Below are positions 8,411-14,968 of a stretch of 29,108 nt of DNA, in pieces. The notes under the pieces were generated by a model. The model saw only the letters and a list, made by a program, of their open reading frames with translations. It had not been told where the DNA came from and did not search any database. Positions within the stretch are counted from its first letter, which is position 1. Each line of letters starts with the position of its first letter. The stretch covers positions 1-29,108 of the forward strand of contig JBIOIE010000001.1 in the NCBI GenBank assembly GCA_044449605.1, in the 5' to 3' direction. Source of the stretch: Candidatus Limnocylindrales bacterium (lineage in GTDB: Bacteria; Chloroflexota; Limnocylindria; Limnocylindrales; CSP1-4). The translations under genes and the position numbers were made by a program.

Positions 8411-9655
8411 TCAGGGGCTCGCCGAGGTGCTCTCGCCGGGCAGCGGCTGGGGCGTGGCCGGCGGTGGGATGTTGATGACGTCGCCGACCTGGATCGCGTT
8501 CGGGTCCTGGATCTGGGGGTTGGCCGCCAGGAGGTCCGCAACGAGCAGGCCGAACTTCCCGGCGATCTTGTTGATCGTGTCGCTGGGCTGGACGGTGTAG
8601 GTCTGGAAGGTGGGCCCGGGTTGGCCCGACGGCCCCAGGCTGGCGGTGGGCAGTCCCGTCTCGCCGGGCACGCTGGAGGAGGGACTCGGCGAGCCTGACC
8701 CGGTCGGCGTCGTCGAGGGGGTGTTGATCCAGCTCAGCAGCAGCACGAAGACGATGATCGCGGCCGTGGCGGCCATCACCGTGAGCAGGATGATCTGGGG
8801 GCTCAGGCGTCGGCGGCGGGAGCGGATCGTGGGATAGGCCTCGAAATGGCGGGGCGTCTCCCAGGGCGGCACCTCGGGTTCCGGGCGCGCCGTGCGGCGC
8901 AGCGACAGCCCGGCCGGGTGAGCCTGGCTGACCGACCGGGCCGCCGGCGCGTGGACTGGCGGCCGCCGCGTCGGGCGCGGTCCCGTGGGCCGGCTGCGTC
9001 CAGCCAGGAACCCGGGCAGCTCGCCCTCCTCCGTCTCGGGCGGGACGGCGCGAGGAGCGTCACGCCGGACGAGCGCCGCCAGCTCCGGATCGCCGACAGG
9101 AGCCGCGCGGCCGCCGGCCGGGGAGGGCCCGCGGCCGAGAGGGTTGGCGCGGCCGCCGGCCGGGCCAACCGGGATGATCGGCGGCGCTGGGACCTCGGCT
9201 TCGTCTGCCGCCGATGAGGCGTCTTCAGCGCCGACGGCGGTGAGCTGGTCTGGATCCGGCGGGGGGCGACGGTCGGCCAGCCAGGGCGGTGGGGCCGCCC
9301 AGTCGTACGGCCGACGCCCGGCGGCCGCGCCCGGCCGGGCCGGCCGCTCGCCGGATGCCGCGTCGCCGGACCCCGGGTCGTCGTGTCCCGCGTCGCGGCG
9401 CTCGACCGCGGCCAGCTCGGCCCTCACCTGCCGGGCGGCCTGGCCGCGCGCCCACTCCTGGAAGGTCGGACAGTCGGCGAAATCGGCGCTCAGACAGTAG
9501 GTCTGCTGGAAGGACACCGAGCGCGGCGCGGGCGGCTTCTCCGCATAGCAACGATGGCGCTGGTCGGGCTCGGGTGAATGTCGCTGCCGGTCGTCCTCGA
9601 AGGCGACGAAGGGGCAGACCGGCGCCTCGAGCTCGGCCCGCGGGGGCTCGTTCAT
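8411..9655 (-). CDS. Bitopic membrane protein: N-terminal Cys/His-rich domain, Pro/Arg-rich linker, TM helix, C-terminal LysM
   Basis: LysM YTVQPSDTINKIAGKFGLLVADLLAANPQIQDPNAIQVGDVINIP; TM IILLTVMAATAAIIVFVLLLSWI; N-terminal CPF...HRC...YC...DCP. ATG 9655 is 7 nt after a TATCAT -10. Confidence 0.85.
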   Translation of the reverse strand: MNEPPRAELEAPVCPFVAFEDDRQRHSPEPDQRHRCYAEKPPAPRSVSFQQTYCLSADFADCPTFQEWARGQAARQVRAELAAVERRDAGHDDPGSGDAASGERPARPGAAAGRRPYDWAAPPPWLADRRPPPDPDQLTAVGAEDASSAADEAEVPAPPIIPVGPAGGRANPLGRGPSPAGGRAAPVGDPELAALVRRDAPRAVPPETEEGELPGFLAGRSRPTGPRPTRRPPVHAPAARSVSQAHPAGLSLRRTARPEPEVPPWETPRHFEAYPTIRSRRRRLSPQIILLTVMAATAAIIVFVLLLSWINTPSTTPTGSGSPSPSSSVPGETGLPTASLGPSGQPGPTFQTYTVQPSDTINKIAGKFGLLVADLLAANPQIQDPNAIQVGDVINIPPPATPQPLPGESTSASP

Positions 9656-9754
9656 CGGGCCGATGATAACGGGGCCCAGCGCCACTGCGGGGGTGGGGCC
9701 TTCGTGGCACGATTGCGGCCGCTCCTAAGGCGTCCGGCAACGATGAGGTGAGAC

Positions 9755-10189
9755 ATGCTTCGTGATCGCGTCCTGGCCGCACTGGCCCCCACCCGCACCG
9801 TCCACGCCCACTGCGACATCCCCTGCGGCATCTACGACCCGCACGGCGCCGAGATCGCCGCGAAGACGGTCGCCAAGATGGTCGCCCTCATCACCGAGAC
9901 CGGCGCCGGCGGCGACCTCGCAGCGCAGAACAAGCTCATCCGCTGCGTCAAGGTCAAGGAGGAGCACGCCGAGCTGTGCAAGCACGAGCTGCAGGTGCTC
10001 TGGAGCGACTACTTCAAGCCCGAGCACCTCGAGAAGTACCCGGACCTCCACGACCGTTTCTGGAAGGCCCTCAAGCAGGCCGGCAAGTGCAAGCAGTCCG
10101 TCGACGCCGCCGCAGCCGCGGAACTCGAGGCCCAGGTCGGCGCGATCGCCGACATCTTCTGGGCGACCAAGGGCGGCCGCCCCTCCTGA
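9755..10189 (+). CDS. sodN: Nickel superoxide dismutase precursor
   Basis: Nickel-hook HCDIPCGIYDP after an 18-aa leader; also VKVKEEHAELCKHEL and LWSDYFKPEH. GAGGTG RBS upstream. Confidence 0.97.
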   Translation: MLRDRVLAALAPTRTVHAHCDIPCGIYDPHGAEIAAKTVAKMVALITETGAGGDLAAQNKLIRCVKVKEEHAELCKHELQVLWSDYFKPEHLEKYPDLHDRFWKALKQAGKCKQSVDAAAAAELEAQVGAIADIFWATKGGRPS

Positions 10190-10602
10190 GCGCCTTCGGA
10201 GCCGGCCTGCGGACCGGTCTCCTGCTGGGCGGCATCGGCCTCGCGCTGGTACCCGGCGGGCGACGTCTCGCGCGATCCTGGCGAGCCCGCGTGGCCGTGA
10301 CCGGCACGAGCATGCGCCCGACCCTCGAGCCCGGCGACTGGCTGCTGGTCGACCCGGATGCCTACCGGCACCGGCCGCCCCGGCCGGGCGAACTCGTCGT
10401 CGCCCCCGACCCGCGCCGGGCCGAGCGCCTGCTCGTGAAACGCGTGGCCGCCCTCGACATCGACGGCCGGGTGCTCATCGCCGGAGATGCCCGCGACGCG
10501 TCCACCGACTCGCGCACCTTCGGGGCCATCGACCCGGCCACGCTGGCGGGACGGGCCTGGTTCCGGATCTGGCCCCGGGAACGCTTCGGGGCCCTGCACT
10601 GA
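10186..10602 (+). CDS. sodX: Nickel-type SOD maturation protease (S26 family); start codon uncertain (CTG 10186 or GTG 10291)
   Basis: VTGTSMRPTLEPGDWLLV (catalytic Ser), LLVKRV (catalytic Lys), GDARDASTDSRTFG. Lies directly downstream of sodN. Confidence 0.9.
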   Translation: MSAFGAGLRTGLLLGGIGLALVPGGRRLARSWRARVAVTGTSMRPTLEPGDWLLVDPDAYRHRPPRPGELVVAPDPRRAERLLVKRVAALDIDGRVLIAGDARDASTDSRTFGAIDPATLAGRAWFRIWPRERFGALH

Positions 10603-10608
10603 GCCGGA

Positions 10609-11577
10609 CTAGAGGCCGGCCCCGCCCGGGAGCACGCGCTCACCCAGCAGCCGGATCATGGCCAGGTCGCGGGGCACGAAGTCCTGCAGGGCGATGCGCT
10701 CCACGCCGACCTTGGCGAACTCGGCGATGCGCTCGAGGGCCTGTTCGGGCGTGCCCATGATCCAGCGCTCTCTGCGCGCGGCCAACCAGGCCTCGGCCTC
10801 CGGCGCGGCCAGGCCCAGCGCCGCCAGCAGGGCGGCCACACGGTCGCGCACGTCGCCCTCGGATGCGCCGACGAGCACGCCGACCATGGCCGAGAAGACG
10901 ATGCTGGCCGGATCGCGGCCCGCGGCGACACAGGCCGCTCGGAGCTCGGCCAGCGCCGCGCTGGCGACCTCGGTGCGGGCGGACTCGAGGTTGTACTCGT
11001 CGGCGAAGCGGGCCGCCAGGCGGAGCCCGCGCGGCTTGCCCTCGCCGCCCACGATGAGATGGGGATGACGGCGGCCCTCGCTCGTCGGACGCGGCCCGAA
11101 GCGGGCCTCGTGGACCTGCCAGTAGCGGCCCTCGAAGGACCAGCCGTCGGGTTCGGTCCACAGCCCGTGGACGATCGTCAGAGCCTCCTCGAGGCGGTCC
11201 ATCCGTTCGCCCAGCGGCGGGAAAGGGATGCCCAGGCGCTCGTGCTCGGGCGCGTTCCAGCCGGCGCCCATGCCGACCTCGACGCGCCCGCCGCTCATCT
11301 CGTCGACGGTGGCCACGACCTTGGCAAAGGACCCCGGCATGCGGAACGTGACCGGCGAGACGAGGGTGCCGAGGCGCAGGTGGGTCGTCTCGCGGGCGAC
11401 CCCGGCGAGCACCGCCCAGGCGTCCGTTGTGTGCAGCCCCGAGCCGCCCGGGAAACTCGCGTAGTGATCGGAGCGCAGGAGGGCCTCGAAGCCGGCCTCC
11501 TCGGCCGTTCGGGCGACGGCCAGCTGCTCGACATAGGTCAGGCCTTGCTGGGGCTCGATCATCAGCGCGAAGCGCAT
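10609..11577 (-). CDS. LLM-class, probably F420-dependent oxidoreductase (Rv1855c-like)
   Basis: MRFALMIEPQQG start, RSDHY, TDAWAVLAGVARET, LGTLVSPVTFR, MSGGRVEVGMGAGW, LIVGGEGKPRGLRLAARFADEYN. Confidence 0.88.
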   Translation of the reverse strand: MRFALMIEPQQGLTYVEQLAVARTAEEAGFEALLRSDHYASFPGGSGLHTTDAWAVLAGVARETTHLRLGTLVSPVTFRMPGSFAKVVATVDEMSGGRVEVGMGAGWNAPEHERLGIPFPPLGERMDRLEEALTIVHGLWTEPDGWSFEGRYWQVHEARFGPRPTSEGRRHPHLIVGGEGKPRGLRLAARFADEYNLESARTEVASAALAELRAACVAAGRDPASIVFSAMVGVLVGASEGDVRDRVAALLAALGLAAPEAEAWLAARRERWIMGTPEQALERIAEFAKVGVERIALQDFVPRDLAMIRLLGERVLPGGAGL

Positions 11578-11691
11578 CGCTGGCCTCCCTGGGCGTTTGA
11601 CGAGATCGACGTGCAGCCGATACTACTCAACGTCCTACGAACCATCCATCGCACGTGGGCTCCCAACCTGGCCTACCCGGCCGAGTAAGGA

Positions 11692-11719
11692 CCGGCCCGG
11701 TCTGTGCAGACCGGGCCGG
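11692..11719. terminator. Perfect GC-rich inverted repeat, probable terminator/stabilising hairpin
   Basis: CCGGCCCGGTCTG-TG-CAGACCGGGCCGG (13-nt perfect arms), 20 nt past the stop of the DUF4349-like gene. No clear U-tract on either strand. Confidence 0.6.
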
Positions 11720-11739
11720 CTCGGAGGGGTAGAGCGGGG

Positions 11740-12687
11740 TCAGACCGCGGCGGCCCCCGTGTCGGGGCCCAGGGGGGCGCGCCGCCGGCGGCCGAGCCAG
11801 CGGGCGATGAGGAAGAGGACACCCAGGACGAGCAGCCCGCCGATGAGCACCGGCAAGCCGACGATCGCCAGCCAGATGCCTGCGGTCAGGAGACCCTGGC
11901 CGAGCTGGACGAGCTGGGCGACGGCCGAGTCGACGATCTTGGCGGGGTCGAAGCCCTGCTGGGCGACCGTCACGGCGGCCACGACCGGCACGCTCCAGCC
12001 GACCGTCAGCGTCCCGTAGGCAGCCTGATCCTTCAGGCCGTCGCGCTCTGCGACGAGCTGCTCGATGTCGCCGCGCACCGTCGTCAGCTGACCCTGGACG
12101 TCGAGGATGTCGCTGATCTTGACGGCCTTGGACATGATCGTCAGGAGCTGCTGTTCGGTGGCTTGCAAGTTGGCGATGTGGGCCTCGAGGTCGACCACGG
12201 ACTTCGTCACCTCGACAGCCTGGGACTGCTCGGATACGACCTTGCTGGAGAGCGCCTTGAGGGCCGCCACCGCGTCGTCCCAGCGGGCGACGGGCACGCG
12301 GTAGGTGACCGAGCCGTAGGGCTGGTCGCCCTTGAGCGCCATCTGCGACTGGCCGATGTAGCCGCCCATGCCGACGATGGCCGTGCGGGCCTTGGCCAGG
12401 GCGGTGTCGAAGTCCTTGACCTCGAGGTCGAGGGAGCCGGTGCGCACGATCAGCGCGGAGTCCGCGGACTGGCCGACCGACTGGTCGGGGGGCTGGCCAG
12501 CCGATGCGGCGGGGGCGGATTCGGCCCCACCGGGCCCCGACACCCCCGAGCCGGCATCGACCCGCATACCCGCCACCCGCAGGCCCCTGGCGCGCGCGCA
12601 GGCCGCCGCGAGGACCGAGGCGACCGCGATCAGCGCAAGGACGAGGTAGAACGGCCGGTGGGGACGCCTGGCGGTGGACCTGATCAT
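11740..12687 (-). CDS. DUF4349-like lipoprotein
   Basis: Lipobox-like VLAAAC after a hydrophobic signal; LIVRTGSLDLEVKDF, GGYIGQSQ, YRVP, V-T-V-DLEA-I-NL, coiled region, C-terminal TM. Confidence 0.8.
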   Translation of the reverse strand: MIRSTARRPHRPFYLVLALIAVASVLAAACARARGLRVAGMRVDAGSGVSGPGGAESAPAASAGQPPDQSVGQSADSALIVRTGSLDLEVKDFDTALAKARTAIVGMGGYIGQSQMALKGDQPYGSVTYRVPVARWDDAVAALKALSSKVVSEQSQAVEVTKSVVDLEAHIANLQATEQQLLTIMSKAVKISDILDVQGQLTTVRGDIEQLVAERDGLKDQAAYGTLTVGWSVPVVAAVTVAQQGFDPAKIVDSAVAQLVQLGQGLLTAGIWLAIVGLPVLIGGLLVLGVLFLIARWLGRRRRAPLGPDTGAAAV

Positions 12688-12799
12688 GGCTCGGCCTCCT
12701 GGGGCACGGCAGCGGACCTGCCCATCCGGGCTGCTCCGCGCCACGCTGACGCGGATCGGCCGGGCGGGGTTCCCTGCGCCCGGCGCTACCATCGCCGCG

Positions 12800-13288
12800 A
12801 TGCCCGTTCGAGCTGCCGTCCTGCCCATCCCGCCCGGCCTGCAGGCCACAGGCACGGAGGGAGCGGCCTTCGCGGCCGTGGCCCGGCTGACGGAGGTGCC
12901 GGCCGGCGCGCTCCTGCGCGTGACCCGGGGCGACCTCGACATCCTCATCGCCCACACGGCGGCCGGACTGGCTGCCATCGACGACCGCTGCCCCCACATG
13001 TCGGCGCCGCTCTCGCTCGGCGCCATGGACGGCTGCGTCGTGGACTGCCCGCTCCACAGCGGCCGCTTCGATCTCGCCTCCGGTGGCACGGTTCGCTTCC
13101 CGACCACCGGCGGCCTGGATGCCGACGGCCTGTACCACCCGCCCTGGCAGCCTCCGGACAACCCGCCGCGGGTGGAGCCGACCGACGCGAAGGCACGGGC
13201 GCGGGCCGCGACGCGGGTGCGCCGGCTGCGCTACTACCCGCTCCGGATCCGCGCCGGCCGCATCGAGATCGCCCTGCCTCGGCCCTGA
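12800..13288 (+). CDS. Rieske [2Fe-2S] ferredoxin-like protein
   Basis: CPHMSAPL and CPLHSGRFD Rieske boxes. ATG is 7 nt after a TACCAT -10. Confidence 0.88.
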   Translation: MPVRAAVLPIPPGLQATGTEGAAFAAVARLTEVPAGALLRVTRGDLDILIAHTAAGLAAIDDRCPHMSAPLSLGAMDGCVVDCPLHSGRFDLASGGTVRFPTTGGLDADGLYHPPWQPPDNPPRVEPTDAKARARAATRVRRLRYYPLRIRAGRIEIALPRP

Positions 13289-13311
13289 CCGCCCCGGGAC
13301 CTCCGACGGCG

Positions 13312-13340
13312 TTGCGCGGCAGCACCGCAGGTGCTAGCGT
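13312..13340 (+). promoter_or_regulatory. Putative housekeeping-sigma promoter for the LysM-SpoIID gene
   Basis: TTGCGC (13312-13317), 17-nt spacer, TAGCGT (13335-13340). A small palindrome AGCACC-GCA-GGTGCT lies in the spacer. Confidence 0.4.
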
Positions 13341-13514
13341 TCGACCTGGACGACAGGCACCCGCCAGAGGTCATCGGAGGGCCGGCGGAGGGCCGAACGG
13401 GCAGCGTGCGAGGCCCGGTCTCGATCCAGCGCCACCGGGACCGCCGGTCCCCGGACCTCGCGTCGTCGTGCAGCGCGTGCCGGCGCGGCATGCGACCAGA
13501 CCGAGGAGACCGTA

Positions 13515-14882
13515 TTGCAGGAAGCGGCGGTCACCATGCGCCAGGCTCCGTCGCGCGCCGCGCGCGGGGCCTCCCTCGCGGCGCGAGGGGCCGCCCTCGA
13601 TGGCGGGCGCAGCGCGCCGCTGCTCGTCGTCGCCCTGGTCCTGCTGTCTTGCCTCGTGGCCCAGCCAGCGGGGAGCGGGACCGCCGCAGGCGCAGCGCCG
13701 GAAGGCCAGGGCCAGGTCGTCGCGCGCATCGCGGCGCTGGCCGGGGGACCGGCCGGGGCTGACTCGCCGATCGCCCCCGGCGACGAGCGCCCCTTCCAAC
13801 CGTTCGATCTGGCGCTCGTCCCGCCGGCCTCCACGGCCCCGGCCGGGAGCGCCGCGTACGCACCCGATGGCACGTTCCGCAAGCCGTTCGCGGTGCTGCC
13901 TTCGCCCGCCCGCCTCGCCGACCAGGTGGTCACCTACCGCGTTCGGGCCGGCGACACGCTCGCGAAGATCGCGGCCCGGTTCGGGCTCAAGATGTCGTCG
14001 CTCTACTGGGCCAACGACCTGACCGACAAGGACACCATCCAGATCGGCGACGTGCTGGCCATCCCGCCCATCGACGGTGTGCTCTATACGGTCAAGGAAG
14101 GCGACACGATCGAGTCCATCGCCGCGGCCTTCCATGCCGACGCGGCCCTCGTCGTCGCCTACAACGGGCTGGCCGGTGACGTCGTCGTCATCGGCCAGAC
14201 GATCATGGTCCCCGACGGCCGGGGCCGGCCGATCCTCTCGGCGGCGGTGGCCTCGACCGGCGGACCAGGGCCCACGATCATGACCTCCACGAAGCCCCCG
14301 ACGCCGGCCAGCGGTTCGCGGCCCAGTTCGTGCACGGGCTGGAAGGACCTCATGGCCCCGCCCAACGCGATCCGCGTCCTGCGCACGTCTGGCCCGGCCA
14401 GCGGCAGCGTCCAGATCGTCGACTTCCAGACCTACGTCGGCGACGTGATGGCCATGGAGTGGCCGGTCTACTACCCGGCGGCCGCGCTCCAGGCGGGCGC
14501 CATCGCCGTCAAGCAGTACGGCTGGTACTACACGATGCACTACCGGGGCGGCGTCTCGGCCCGCGGCGCCTGCTACGACGTCGTCGACAACGCGAACGAC
14601 CAGCTCTTCCGGCCCGAGGCCCGCTCGGCCTACGCCGTCCACAAGGCCGCCATCGCCGCGACCTGGACGATGAGCGTCCGGCGCTCACTCTCGGGCGTGC
14701 CCGGGCAGTTCATCCTGACCGGCTACCGGCCGGGCACGGTGGCCACGTGCGGGGCCGAGCAGGACGGGTTCCACCTCTACGAGCTGGGCGTCTTCGACTG
14801 CGCCCGCCAGGGCCGGACGCTCGAGGAGATCGAGGGCATCTACTACGGGCCGACCCTCCAACTCGTGATCGGGAAGCCCTAG
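13515..14882 (+). CDS. Secreted/membrane protein with 2x LysM + C-terminal SpoIID/LytB-like domain
   Basis: GAGGAG RBS before TTG 13515 (alternative ATG 13536). Hydrophobic segment; LysM repeats YRVRAGDTLAKIAARF and YTVKEGDTIESIAAAF; SpoIID-like YVGDVMAMEW...ALQAGAIAVKQY...YDVVDNANDQ. Confidence 0.75.
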   Translation: MQEAAVTMRQAPSRAARGASLAARGAALDGGRSAPLLVVALVLLSCLVAQPAGSGTAAGAAPEGQGQVVARIAALAGGPAGADSPIAPGDERPFQPFDLALVPPASTAPAGSAAYAPDGTFRKPFAVLPSPARLADQVVTYRVRAGDTLAKIAARFGLKMSSLYWANDLTDKDTIQIGDVLAIPPIDGVLYTVKEGDTIESIAAAFHADAALVVAYNGLAGDVVVIGQTIMVPDGRGRPILSAAVASTGGPGPTIMTSTKPPTPASGSRPSSCTGWKDLMAPPNAIRVLRTSGPASGSVQIVDFQTYVGDVMAMEWPVYYPAAALQAGAIAVKQYGWYYTMHYRGGVSARGACYDVVDNANDQLFRPEARSAYAVHKAAIAATWTMSVRRSLSGVPGQFILTGYRPGTVATCGAEQDGFHLYELGVFDCARQGRTLEEIEGIYYGPTLQLVIGKP

Positions 14883-14968
14883 TCCGAGCCCGTCGAACGG
14901 CCCCGACTCGTGCTCGCCGGGGCGGCGGCGTTTGACCGAATGCCATCTGGGTACCAGAATGCCCGGCC

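Noticed and set aside
11612-11682. Partial resemblance to group II intron domain V/VI (TCGCACGT..., CCTACCC)
   Set aside because: The catalytic AGC/CGC triad stem with GNRA loop and the paired DV helix cannot be built, and no RT ORF is nearby.
12555-12600. Possible compensating frameshifts after the lipobox of the DUF4349-like gene (GCGCGCGC run, Arg-rich stretch)
   Set aside because: The annotated frame stays open and has the high third-position GC typical of the genome; the alternative frame is not better supported.
10187-13288. Other UGA-terminated genes (sodN, Rieske) as hidden selenoproteins
   Set aside because: Both proteins end at their expected family C-terminus, the UGA is not at a Cys-equivalent position, and no SECIS-like hairpin follows.
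13355-13435. Assignment of the leader to ydaO (c-di-AMP), SAM-I or glycine riboswitch
   Set aside because: Only short fragments resemble each consensus; core motifs (e.g. CCGTCAGCTAAC, GGCAACC, CTCTCAGG) are absent. Kept only as an unassigned candidate.
14946-14958. Short palindrome TCTGG-GTA-CCAGA upstream of the second SpoIID-like gene
   Set aside because: 5-bp arms are expected by chance and there is no second copy; insufficient to call an operator.
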